A stretch of 64,000 nucleotides of DNA, taken from Octopus vulgaris (lineage: Eukaryota). The DNA is taken from positions 1,426,001 to 1,490,000 of the forward strand of contig OX597832.1 in the NCBI GenBank assembly GCA_951406725.2, in the 5' to 3' direction. A model generated the notes under the pieces. The model ran no database searches. It was not told the origin of the DNA and saw only the letters and a program-made list of their open reading frames with translations. Both the position numbers and the translations under genes were made by a program. Positions 51,600-64,000 of the stretch are shown here, piece by piece (the stretch's first letter is position 1; every line of letters begins with the position of its first letter).

Positions 51600-52575
51600 A
51601 CAAATGCAGCCAAGTCTGTGCTGTCATAATTTGTCTCTCTTGCTATGTCTCTTGAAGTTGAATCACTAATTTGATGGTTTGTTTTTGGCAGTCCAGAGCC
51701 AGACTCTCTTGCAAATTTTTGCCTTCCATGGCCAAAACGTGATCCTCAAATCCTTAAAAATTGTTTCAGAGAACTGAATATTGATATTTTGAGTTTGCCT
51801 GTTGAACCGCATACTTTAGGTCCTCAGCTATGTCCTCATGATGTTTCATCCAAAACTGTAGGAGACTGCCAAGTTGACACATGTTCAGTATAATTGAAAA
51901 AAGGCTACCGAGTTTTCTCGGAGAATCTAATAAAGAGGCTTCAGTCAATGCAAGGTTTCAATGCTCATTATTTTCTAAAAACAACCTTGTTGATAACATG
52001 CTTCACACACGTGACCATTTACCCTCCTTGAATTTTGGAATGATTTGGGACCATGTACTTCAGGCAAAAGGAGCTGTAAGTAGTAGCATACTGCTTGACT
52101 TGGGTGAACACTGTAAACTCTTGCACGTGTTTCAGCCCCATGTTTCCTCTTGTGCCTCTTATTGTTTCTCCAGGTGTAATACTTAGGTAATTGTGACTAA
52201 AGGAGTTTTCTTGCATCTTCATCTACTTGACACAACTTAAAAAAAGGCAGTAAGGGTAGTTTCTTTTGGAGAGTGTTTGTTGCAAGGCTGCTTGTTTTGT
52301 AAAGATAACCCTGTGGCCATTCTCTAGATGGACACTCAGATGAATGATGGCTGGGTGCCTCTCTTGAATGGGAAAATTGAAGATGCGCCAAAAAGCCTCG
52401 TAGATACTGATATATCTTCCTCTGTCATACTGTGCATCTTCGTCATTTTTATTTATCTGCTGACTACCATTCTGCATAAGAGTGTTGCAGCGTTTAAACC
52501 TGTTTATATATTTGCAAACATACTTGTTAGAGTTAAAAGAGTTGCAGAATTCAACGTTGACTCTGGCTACCTGTA
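51600..52575 (-). mobile_element. Helitron Rep/helicase fragment (pseudogene)
   Basis: VNVEFCNS...KYVCKYIN...DE..QY..GRYISIYEAFWRIFNFPIQERHPAIIHLSVHLENG, then CEAC and ALTEASLLDSPRKLGSLFSIIL, typical of the region following the Helitron Rep core. Confidence 0.85.
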
Positions 52576-53060
52576 CTTGTCTTTGCTTCATAGCTGGCAC
52601 AACATGCTGCAGAACGATGTTTTTGTATATGGCTGTATTCACATTGCCATAGATCTTGATCAAAGGCCCAACACCTGCTGCAGAAATCATTCCCCACACC
52701 ATTAAGCCCCTACATCCAAACTTCACTGATTTTTCCACGCATTTAGGGAGCAATCTTTCACTTTTACGACGTCTCAAGTATTTTCTACCATCAGAGCCAA
52801 CGAAATTGAAATTGCTTTCGTAACTGAGGAACACATGCGACCAGTTGTCGTACATCCAGTTGTCGCTATTTGGCGCTTTATACTGATGTGATGTTTAGTG
52901 GCAGAGAAATGGGCATGAAGTCCGACTTTCTTCAAATGACGAGCCACAGTCTTTCGAGACACATTCATTCCATAATCACGATTTACATGGCGAGAAATTC
53001 CTGCTGCAGAATCGAAGCGATCTCTTAACGTCAGCCTCTGAATTACACGGTTTTGCCAAA
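52576..53060 (-). mobile_element. Tc1-like transposase fragment
   Basis: VSRKTVARHLKKVGL, WSHVFLSYESNFN..GSDGRKYLRR, SVKFG..LMVWGMISAAGVGPL. Confidence 0.85.
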
Positions 53061-53089
53061 CACTTGTTTTCTGTGGTCTCTCTTATTTT

Positions 53090-53580
53090 TTCTAATGATA
53101 CAAACAAGCATGATGAGAGATTTCATCAGGACATCGCAACTATGGAAAAAAGATACCAAGGACGATGGGATACTGCTATGATGGGAGATTATATATGGTC
53201 TCTAGTCAGAAGAGATGAAAGTATACACTCCAGAAAATCTCGATCGTCAAAGCACTTCTCATCTTAAGAAAAGAGTTATCAAGGCATTTACAGTGCAGAG
53301 TTTTATTGTTTCATTTTCTTCTAATATTATACTTCCTAAATATCTTTCAATATATGAAAAAGTACTAAATGTTGTGTAATTATCCTTACAATACTAGAAT
53401 AGATTGAACCAACAAAGTGCTGTAGAGAAAAGTTTCAAATATAATGAGCAAATATTAAATTAGGAATAAATAAATAACTATCGACGTTACGTCAAAACGA
53501 ATGTGATTTTTGAATTTAGTGGCAAAAAATGCATATATGAACATCAAAAAATACAAATAAACAAAACATGTTACATTGTG
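53090..53580 (+). mobile_element. 3' end of a DNA transposon, probably Chapaev3-like (CMC)
   Basis: HDERFHQDIATMEKRYQGRWDTAMMGDYIWSL transposase C-terminal motif; possible terminus gttacattgtg at ~53570-53580; family assignment from memory. Confidence 0.55.
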
Positions 53581-54294
53581 CTATTTCGCTTTGATGAAAT
53601 AAGTTTGTATTGCATTAGTTTAAGTGTGTTTGCACTTACATTTACAAGCACAAGCACATGCACATACACATAAATTTCTACATGAATATATATACATCAA
53701 TACACACACATATATATATATACATAGACATTTGCACTCATGGACGTACAATAACTATATATACTGAGAGAAAAAGAGAGAGCGTTAAACAAAGGTTGTG
53801 ACTTAATGTACCACCACTGTTCAATATGTTAAGATGGAATAAGAGAAGAAAGTCATGGAAGAAGAGGAGAAAAGAAAAGGTTTTATTCACAAATAATTGT
53901 TTACAGTATGTTTTAGGTAGCCTGTTTTGTGTAAAAGAGAACGATAAAATCACAGTTGCTACTTCACAAAGAACCATTAAAGAAAATAACCGATTTTCAG
54001 CTTTTCTTTTTCAAACATCATCCTCTATTAATGTTGGATATATTTGTTTCGGAGATGATATTTTTATTTTTATTTTTTTTATAAAGTTTTATAGATTGTT
54101 TTATTCGTTTTTGTTTTGCTTTTATCTATACTTTTAGTTTTTTGATGTCAATGAAAATTGTCCCATTTGAAATAGAGAGAAAACAAATATTATCAAACAT
54201 CACTGTCAAATCAATCGATCCATTTTTAAGCATATACACTTCTCATTTCATGAATATCCTCAAAACCATTAAGTAGATAAATGTTTTCATCAGA

Positions 54295-55537
54295 TTATTC
54301 TGACTTTTCATTTTGTCTTTTTCCAATGATTCCACTTGCTAGTGGGTCAAGATACCGTTTATTCATAGCGGAGCCATTGGTCGTTGGATCCAAGATCACA
54401 TTACTTCGGCTATTTGCAGAATTCTCTTTACTAGAGTTGGGGTTCACATCTCTTTTACCAATAAGATCACTGGCTAATGGATCAAGATACCGTTTTCCAA
54501 TAAGACCACTAGCCAACGGATCAAGATATCGTTTACCAATTAGTCCACTGGCCAATGGATCTAGGTATCGTTTACCAATAAGACCACTTGCCAATGGATC
54601 AAGATATCGTTTACCAATAAGACCACTAGCCAATGGATCAAGATATCGTTTACCGATGAGACCACTCGCCAATGGATCTAGATATCGTTTACCGATAAGA
54701 CCACTAGCTAATGGATCAAGATACCGTTTACCAATAAGACCGCTAGCCAATGGATCAAGATATCGTTTACCAATAAGACCACTAGCCAATGGATCAAGAT
54801 ATCGTTTACCAATAAGACCACTAGCCAATGGATCAAGATACCGTTTACCAATAAGACCGCTAGCCAATGGATCAAGATATCGTTTACCGATGAGACCACT
54901 AGCCAATGGATCAAGATATCGTTTACCAATTAGTCCACTGGCCAATGGATCAAGATGTCGTTTACCAATGATACTGCTAGCCAATGGATCAAGATAACGT
55001 TTTCCAGCATCATTAATAGCAAGATCATTAGACGTGTAGTCATCTGTCCCTTGATTGTCATCACTTTTCGAATCAAGGCGTGTGTCTCTTTTACCAAGAA
55101 GTCCACTAGCCAATGGATCAAGATATCTTTTACCAATGAGACCACTAGCCAAAGGGTCTAGATAGCGTTTGCCAATAAGACCACTAGCTAATGGGTCAAG
55201 ATAGCGTTTACCAATAAGTTCTCTATCTAAGAGGTCAAAATGTTGTTTCCCTGTTTGACTCAAGATTCCATCTTTTTGTCTGTTTCCTGCATGATTTTTA
55301 CTAGTGTTAACATCTGAATTTCTTTTTCCAAGAAGTCCACTGGCCAATGGATCAAGATATCTTTTACCAATAAGACCACTGGCCAGTGGATCCAGAAAAC
55401 GCTTTCCAATTAAACGATTTGACAGGGGTTCAATATTCTCGCTTAATTGATTTGCTAAATGATCCAGTGATAACTCTCTATTCAGCTTACCGGATAACTG
55501 ATCCAGCTGCTTTTTGTCCGGACTGTTTTCTGTGAAT
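54295..55537 (-). CDS. Neuropeptide precursor of the molluscan LASGL(V/I/X)amide type, main/last coding exon
   Basis: 20 xLDPLASxxx-G-KR units (13 YLDPLASGLI), each with an amidation Gly and dibasic cleavage site; synonymous variation between repeats; acceptor ttttatttttcag just upstream of 55537 (phase 2); stop at 54295-54297. Confidence 0.92.
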
Positions 55538-55749
55538 CTGAAAAATAAAACATATTCAATGTCACAAAGATATGTCTGCATTAACAGTAATTATTATTAT
55601 TATTTCATAAATGAATATCTTAGAGAATATTGTTAGTTAACCGAAATTATATATTGCCGTCAAAACAATGTATAGTATATGGATTTAATACTTGAAAGTA
55701 AAAATTTAAACCTGGGTTAGTTTTATACAAATAAGTCAAATAACATTAT

Positions 55750-57000
55750 TTATTGTAGTTATCGTGTTTTAATTTCTTACAAGTTAGGTGAAGACGTCTT
55801 TTACTAGATTGAGATTTAGAAACTACTGTAATATATTTATGAATTTGATGCTATTTTTGCATTTAAAATTTTGGTTGGAAAGAAAATAAGGTCAGAGAAT
55901 TTAGGAGTGATGAAAGTCTGAAATGAAGTACTTGTTTAATGAATGAAATACAACAGTAAGTTTGTGACATTAGAAAATAAGTGAAAGCTTCAAGATTTCT
56001 GTCAAGAATCTCAAAAGATCTGGACTCGTTGCAATGATAATAGTACATATAAAGGGCCGAAATTATAGAGTTTTGAGGAGTAAAGTATTGTTTAAATGAC
56101 AGTTGTCTTTCTTAGATAGGGTTCAGACATTTTGTGCAAGGGATTTTTGAACTTTATATAAAATCAGCTTTAACTCAGATCTGAAGTATTTTCTTGCATT
56201 GACTCAGGGTTACTATTCAAATAAATTATGGTCTCTATAAAAGAATATTAAAATATGTATGTTGTAGGTTTAGATTGTATGTTGCCATGATTTACAAGAA
56301 TGCATTGTAGTAGGGTGGTTTTTGGGAAGTTTGATATCTTCAGTACTTCTGATAAAGAATAATTTCTCACTTTTCATCAAAGTCGCTCGAGTGGCGACCT
56401 ATTTAGCACCAATAGTTAATATTGTAGAACTACATGCCGGTGTCGTGGTCATTTTCTGATTATAAGGTAACATAATTCAGGGAATATGTAAAAAGATAAC
56501 TGGGAACTGAGGTAATCCGAATGTTCATAATGGAGTCCGGGAAAAGGTTTTGTCAGCACTTGCTGTAAAAAAGATTTTTAAAAATTGTTGATGGGCACTT
56601 GGGCAAACTGCTTTGCTAGTTATTTTCTAAATTTTATTTCAGATGCAATCGAAGGTTTTGCTAATGGAAGTTGTAATAAATGTAATCATTTTGAATTTTA
56701 AAGGGCAAGAAATCATTGCTATGTGATGTAAAATAAAAGTGTCCAGTAGAGAATGATAATATACGGGAGAATAATACTTGTGATTAGTGAGGACAGAAAT
56801 GAAGTAGAAAGATAAGATTATTTAAGAATTATCTACCACTTAGAAATGTTGTGTGTGAAAGCAGTATCCCAAATACTACATACTGAGGTTGCACCAAGTA
56901 CAGTATCCTATTGCTTAGGCCTCCTCGGCCTTTCATTGTTTATATAGAATTGTACTTCAAGAGAGAGACATGTGAAAAAATCGATGCACTTAATTAAGAA
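55750..57000 (-). mobile_element. Very old Penelope-like remnant within the neuropeptide intron
   Basis: Short minus-strand fragments (e.g. NFPKNHPYYNAF at ~56335-56300) resemble the PLE linker of elements 1-3; no long frame. Confidence 0.4.
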
Positions 57001-57648
57001 TATTAAAACGTACCAGATTATACATAGTTACACATACATAGATAAAAAAATATATTGATTCATAATCAAATCAGTACATTCCGATAATTAATTTACCGAT
57101 CCCTGTCGGGTATTAAATAAATCAAATATAAAATAGCAAGGTAAACAAGTAAAAGTCGAAAAGATAAGGGATCAATAAAAAACGTCTTTTATAAATATTA
57201 TTTCAAAGGATGGTGATTGATTTATAAAGTACATTCACCATACTTTTGCTAGGATGTATGAGATTTTGAAATCAGCGCCTAAATTATACATTTCTGTCAT
57301 CTTTACAGGAAATAAACTTCCCGTATCTCGCAGAACATCGTGGTAAATTCTACGAGGGACAATTAATTCTCTGGCCAAACCAGAATCTAGTATCGATGAA
57401 GGGATACAAAAACTGTAATCATATTAGTGTCGTGTACATATATTTATCTAATAGCTGTATGAATACTTATGATTAAGGCCAGAATGCAGGATTTCATGGG
57501 CATTCATCGGTTTGAAAGAATATGATTATTAGAAGGTTTTTATTTCAAGAATAACTGCACACCATTTGTTATACCAATTAGATAAATTTAATCAGAGAGT
57601 GTAGGATCTAAAGAGAAAATTAAATCAAGTCACTGGTCGTTGTAAGAG

Positions 57649-57687
<39 letters not shown>

Positions 57688-57884
57688 AAATATTTATATA
57701 TATATGTAAAAGATTTCTAGGTACATACTAGCCCCAGGAATGCGTCTATATATGTAAATTGACATATCCAATAACTTAACACCGCTGTATGCGGTGGCTA
57801 TATAATCAATGTGTTCGGAGGTTAGATGAGTGCTGAAGAATGGAAAACAAATCCCGAAATATGGCATAAGCAGTCATTACTCAC

Positions 57885-57954
57885 TTTTGTCTTCGATCAT
57901 ATTGTCTGTTTACATCTGACGTCTCAATACGAAACACTGTAGCAAAAATCAGTG
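57885..57954 (-). CDS. Candidate upstream exon of the neuropeptide precursor (end of signal peptide)
   Basis: ccag acceptor, 70 nt = 2+66+2, encodes xLIFATVFRIETSDVNRQYDRRQ(K); strong donor AA/gtgagt in phase 2 matching the acceptor at 55537. Confidence 0.6.
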
Positions 57955-57994
57955 CTGGTTATAAGTTCTATAGAATATCTGTAAAAATAACCTT

Positions 57995-58069
<75 letters not shown>

Positions 58070-59532
58070 ATTGAGATTCCATTGAATTAGTTACTTAAAT
58101 TGAGGCACCATGATGTTAGGTCGGCATAATCTGCACACCCAAACAATATTAATTGAATTTTGAATATCAACATTCTGTGCAGGAATGTTTGCAACTGATA
58201 TTCCTGCAGTGTGTGCAGACAACGCAACCCAGCTGAGTGAATATATCCGCTCTTGGTAGTTCACGCATGTACTTTATATAAAAGTACTTTCTATAGTATT
58301 TCCAAAGTGAATCTTCCAAGATCGATGGATAAAATATAAATGAGTAATGAAGATGTACAGATGTCAATTCATTACGGCCATTTCAAGCGGCTCATTACAT
58401 CATTTGAAAGAAACCGTTCTCGTCAGATGACCGCATAGACTTCAAACATAAAGAGTACAACCACTGCTTTAACATATTCACATCAATAATGAAGCTCAAA
58501 ATATTTATATTGTTTCTGTTGTCATATTTCTGGCAGAATGAGTTTAGAAAATAATGCATACCTTGTCGAGTCTACAATAATTTAAGGAGTAAGATAGTGG
58601 GGATGAAGATAAAAAAGAAGGGTGACCTAGATATTTACATCTGGATGACAATATGTAGAATGTAGTCTTCAACCATTTAGAATCAAATACATTGGCAGTT
58701 GTCAACTGCATTCTAGTTAATGGTGATAAATCAATTAATGTCAATCTGTTAAACTCAATGTACTGGAATCATAAATCCAACTACACAAAAGGGTTGGGCG
58801 TGGGGTAGTAATAAGGGAATGCCTGATGGGGAAGGGATGATAATTGAAAGAAAGAAGGATAGGAAAGGCCAATATTTATCTTGAATATAATGAAAAATCT
58901 AAGGGAATAAGTAATATAAAATTTAGGGGTGGAATTTAGAATTAGAGAATAACTGAGGCAGTATATTATAACTTAGCAAATTTGTAATGTTAAAACGAAA
59001 AAATTTAAATGAATATATAAAAAAGGTTAGAAATTAAATGTAAAACCTAATAATGGGATACTTTAATACATAAGAAAAATATATTAAACCTTTTGTTAAA
59101 CATTGTGTATAGAAGATCATGATAAAAATATTCTATAATGAATGTATAACGGAATTAAATTATCAAATGAATAGAAACTTATAGTATACATTAAACCAAT
59201 ATAAAAACTTTTCGCTTCGTTACGAATTATCGTAAGGAATGGTATCCAATATATGGAGTAATTAAATTAGAGATGTACCAAATGTATAAGAGAGTACGTT
59301 CAGATACAATATTTAAACAAATTGGGCATATAAACACTTAATGAATACACTGCATGATTAAAAGTTATAATAAAATAGGAATTCACATATCCAGTGAATT
59401 ATATAAAAACAACTTTAAAATTATCAAAAAATTTTTAATAAATTATTAACACTATGGTAGTATATAAAAGGATGTATAAATGTATAAAAATATCAAATAT
59501 AAAATATAAAAATTCATAAATTATATCTATCA

Positions 59533-60225
59533 ATGAGACATGATGTTGTGGCTAGGACACTCTATAATGAAATCCGTCGAAAAGATAACCAAGAGGACGA
59601 AAAAAAAATAAGAACCCACAGTAAAGAAGAAGCCATAGCCACTCATAATAAAAAGGAGTACCGGTGGAATGTCCCAGTGAAGACCTCAATAAAGTGTAAG
59701 CACAACAGATCTGATATAATGATTAGGGATAGAGAAGAGAAACTGTGTACAGTTGTAGAAACTAGCTGCCCAGCAGATGTTAGTGAAAAAAATGATCAGT
59801 GAATTTTACTGATCTGCAGTTACTCTATCCAGTTCAGGTTGATACCTGTAATTATTGGCGCCCTAATATATGTAACACACTGCCTAAATACCAATCTAGA
59901 GAAATTAGGGTTCTCTAAACCATAAAGGAGAAAGCTGATTAGAAGACTACAGATCCAATCCATCACTGGAACTGTAAAAATCTGTAAAACAGAATTTTAT
60001 CCAGAAGTTTATCATTTAAGTATATATGAACATGTCTAGATATGCAAGTATATGCATGAGAATACATACATAAAACAAAACATACGAATCTGCACGTTTA
60101 CATACGTACATGCAAAAATACCCTGTTGATGTTGTTGACATTTCAATGAAGGAACCTTAGATCTAGGTTAGAAACCAGCTCTTTCTCTGTTGGCAAGAAA
60201 TCTTGAAATAAAACTGAATAATGAC
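59533..60225 (+). mobile_element. 5'-truncated R4/Dong-like LINE (RLE C-terminus + 3' UTR)
   Basis: RHDVVA..WNVPVKTSIKCKHNRSDIMIRDREEKLCTVVETSCP; homologous to 18237-18945; ends aataaaactgaataatga followed by (CATA)n. Confidence 0.85.
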
Positions 60226-60699
60226 ATACATACATAAATACATACATGTGTGTGTGTGTGTGTTTGTGTAACGTTCTGCTCCATTATTGATGGCATAAAC
60301 AAAAAAGTACTTCATCCAGTGAAAGGTACATACCATTTGCTATATATAGGATTTAAATTGGAGCTACTGTTTGTTTCATGCCTCTAAAAATGCAATGGTC
60401 GGATAAGCTTGTATAGCGTACCTTGTATTTCTAAGCAACATAGCTGCTTTTTAAAATAAAGTGAGAAAGGACGAGAAAGGAAGAGAGGAAAAAGATAAAA
60501 AGAAAATGGGAATGAGAAGAAAGAAAAAAGAAATATGAAAGTAAAGGAACTTGCATCCCTTTATCCCGTTAGGATGGTTGGAGTATTTAATTTCATCGGG
60601 ATAGGAGAAAGTTTGTGCAACTGCAAGTTTAGTCTAGAGAGGGTGGTATTTTCTGTTCAATAATATACATTTAATGAAAGTTTCAGATCTAGAATTCAG

Positions 60700-62350
60700 T
60701 TGGTCAATAGAATTCGTAGATCTAAATAGGATATGAGACCTTGAGGCTAAATAAAGTCTGCTGATTTTTGAACCATTAACTTATGCGCGAATCTTTCCAT
60801 CAAATGGAGCATCATGAAACGATTCGCGCCGTGTGTCAATGGATCAAAGAGTTTATATTCAATAATATACACAGATGAATCACCTTATACAAAACCCAAT
60901 GCGAAATACTAAATACGCTATCAGACAGTGTGCACGCTTATAAACAAAATATTTTAATATGAAAAGTGCGTATTATACTTTTGGAATGCAGAATTTTAAA
61001 AGATTTTATGTAGTTTATATTTTTAAGTTGTTTTTCAAACAAGATAGAAAAAATAGTTTCTGCAATTTATATAGAGGATATAAGGAGAAAAACTTGGTGG
61101 TATCTTTGAAGAGATATACTTACACAGTGTGTAGCAAAAGTAAAGTCACGAGGGAAATATTTGTGATTTTCCACATCTTCAAGGGAGATCTGCGGAAAAG
61201 AGCAAAATAAATAAATAAATAAAATAAAATAATTTGATTTTGCTGTGTTTAGTTTCACAGATAATTTTAGTGTAATATGAACAAAACATTGCAAGATTGT
61301 TTTTCATTCCATACAATGATTCGGTGTCATACAATGATTCGGTTTTCTAAGGCTGCGTATAACATCGCGATATTCATACTTAAAGAGTAATAGCCCCATT
61401 GTTAGGGAAGTAAAATGACTACAGCACATGTTTGAAAGTTGGAGGCTCCCGAAGTTTCTGAAAGTATGTCTCTTGTCTATGCTACTTTCCTCCAGTCTTA
61501 AATATTCTTTAAGGCATCATCAGGCTTGATAACGTGTGACGATGAAAATCTGCTGAACGCTGTAAGTTCATCGCAGAAAAATATTTGTTCCTTTTACGAA
61601 CGCCATACAAAAGTGAATATGAGTCGAATCTACATGACCCAAACTCAAATGTCCCTAGATCCTGTTTTCCAAGAAACCCATGCAAATATAGCATTTATAA
61701 ATTTCTGCACAGGACAAATTTAAAGAAACTTTAAAGCATCACCCAAGAGCATACCTTGCAAACAACATAGAAATTTAAAATGCAATAAAAACTATTAACG
61801 GTGTAATGAACCTCATTATGGGTCTAAAATATTTTCTCGCTATAACCAACTTTTAAGACGTAATGAATTAGGAAACATTTTTACCACCATAACACATATC
61901 TGATTTTATACTCCGATAGAATTAAACTGACTATAAACTCAAAGGGACACTTTCATAAAATGTACAAAATAATACATCCAATACGAAGAAGAGGACAAAT
62001 ACCCTGGAAAGTGAAAATACAAAACTGGCATTACTAAATATTTATACGGTATATCTGTAGTATATCCAAGACTTTGATTTTGACCCCTTTTCTACCATTT
62101 GAGTCAGTTAAAAGTTATAAGAAAATCTAAGATTCAAAAGCTCTGGTACCCGACAAATTTCATATACAATTATATATACAAATTATACATATTTACCTAG
62201 AATACGGAAAATTATAAACGTACACCCTAAACAGAGTACCGACTACATACAGTTACTCATATCAACATTATCATTACTTGTTAAGGTTATCTCAACAGAT
62301 TTTCTATTAAAAATTATAGCCGGTACTGATTTTGTTAGGACGTTTCGATT
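60700..62350 (+). mobile_element. Scattered, strongly decayed Penelope-like remnants
   Basis: SIKWSIMKRFAPCVNGSK (~60795-60850) resembles the PLE GIY-YIG tail; 61700-62300 has faint similarity to the PLE RT N-terminus. Confidence 0.35.
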
Positions 62351-62632
62351 CTGAGACGCCTGGTGTAAATAACAACAATGAAATCGAAGATGAAAAATGG
62401 GTAATGAGCGTATACAGGACACATTTCAGGAGTTTTTCTCCTTCATTAGCACCCATCCAACCCATTAATCATGCACAAACTCATTGCTTAAATAGCCACT
62501 ACATATAGCGGTGAAACGTTATTGGATATATCAATTTACATATTAAACACATTCATGGAAGCTGGTATGTAAATATTAATAACTTGTAGGGACACGGTAT
62601 TTAGTAATACAACCATAATATATAAGTTGAGA

Positions 62633-62689
<57 letters not shown>

Positions 62690-64000
62690 GTAACATTTAT
62701 CACGTAATAGCGCGTGTGTTTGTTAAAAGATGGAAACCAACAAAAAATATGACTTATCAAAATCTACTAATTACAACATCGCGTCGATATTTGTGTGCAA
62801 ATGTTATTGTCATTACAACTATGTAAACAAAGGAGAACTTAAACGTTACCTAATACAATTGATAAAAATTTATTATTATTATTATAATAAAAATTACTAA
62901 AGCCATAATTCACCATAAATCAATACGTTTACTTCTAACTTAGTTTAATAAATTATATTATAAAATAGCATCTACATATTCATGACAAACGTGCTTAATT
63001 GAATTTATAGCAATCACAATGATATTGTCACTTGTTCAGGAAACTTAATATACATTTTTACAATTTAATCTCTTTATATCAATATTGTATGTTCTAAGCA
63101 CTCTTTAATACTTATATTTACAGATGGTAATGTAATAAAACGTAAAGTATCAACAGATTTAAAATTCAAGTAGTTATGATATATAATTAATTATTTATAA
63201 TAATAATGATAATAATATTATGTCCAATGGCAGTTTTTTGAATACCATAAACATGCGGGAGTACATAAATTAGGTTTAATATATAATTGATCTATTTATG
63301 AAAATAAAACTTCTAATGGTAGTTTTTGAGAGACACTTTACAAGCATGAATACATGAAAAACCAGTCTCAATTCTCGTATTTAAGAGGCGCTACCAAGAA
63401 AATAAGGATTTGGTGCAACTCTTCAAGACAGAGAAAACAGAAAGAATTACCAAGCAGTAGCCCTGCTTATAATTTTCCACTCCACAGAAAATTTTTTTTC
63501 TTGTCTTTTAGGTCTCAAATAAATTTGCTGAGGCTGGTACTAGAGGACTTGTTCCTATTGTTAAAGGTGTATACATGGTTATATATTCGTCCCTTGATAA
63601 AATTTTGCGTTGCCCCTACGTAAAAGAAATTCTTACCTTCAGATTTTACTTTACATCTGTAAACAACATTTTTTGTTTACAATAATTTTTACACAAACAT
63701 TTACTACTAACCTTGCAATTACAAAGTATATTTTCATCGCTACTCGTATTATTATTCTGTTTTATATCATTACTTTCAGTATTATTGTTATTTGCTATAT
63801 TACCTACACTCAAGAAGTTGAGATGGGATTTAATTTGGGTTGTTCCTCCTTGTACACTAGACAATTCAAGTACACATTTCTTACTACCATTTATTCTAAG
63901 GGCATTACATTTGTTGCATTTACTACGGTTGTAATTATTATAAAAATTAGATAATTTTTTCGTTAATTGAAAAAATGATCTGGAACAAATTATTTGATAC

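Noticed and set aside
54451-54996. 39-bp repeat array as a possible CRISPR
   Set aside because: Contiguous coding tandem repeats with no unique spacers, in eukaryotic context with no cas genes
54281-54997. 238-aa plus-strand repeat ORF (RPLANGSRYRLP)n
   Set aside because: Antisense shadow of the neuropeptide repeat; synonymous changes and GKR processing sites fit the minus strand
55538-55581. ORF-track N-terminus MQTYLCDIEYVLFF of the precursor
   Set aside because: Not signal-peptide-like and overlaps a polypyrimidine acceptor; treated as intron

Overview
AT-rich eukaryotic (animal) DNA dense in microsatellites and transposons. The tRNA-derived SINE family, the (TA)n/(TACA)n load and a LASGL-amide neuropeptide gene suggest a cephalopod, probably Octopus (inference). 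Host genes: a minus-strand neuropeptide precursor encoding 20 xLDPLASxxx-amide peptides (main exon 55537-54295, candidate signal-peptide exon 57954-57885) and a possible orphan terminal exon at 12265-12429. Mobile DNA: a near-intact mariner (801-2096), a fold-back mariner derivative, a decayed Gypsy element, Tc1 remnants, R4/Dong-like and RTE LINE fragments, Helitron and Chapaev3-like fragments, SINEs, and three Penelope-like (RT + GIY-YIG) elements, one nearly intact. The most striking layer is invisible to the ORF track: about 16 hammerhead-ribozyme motifs read by eye, from at least seven sequence families. Most sit between (TA)n tracts and many occur as inverted pairs, including a 158-bp perfect palindrome, a 5.5-kb non-coding fold-back with a ribozyme at each end, and a 6279-nt ribozyme-to-ribozyme Penelope unit. 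Most ORF-track entries at 15-48 kb are microsatellite translations. Boundaries of decayed elements are approximate.
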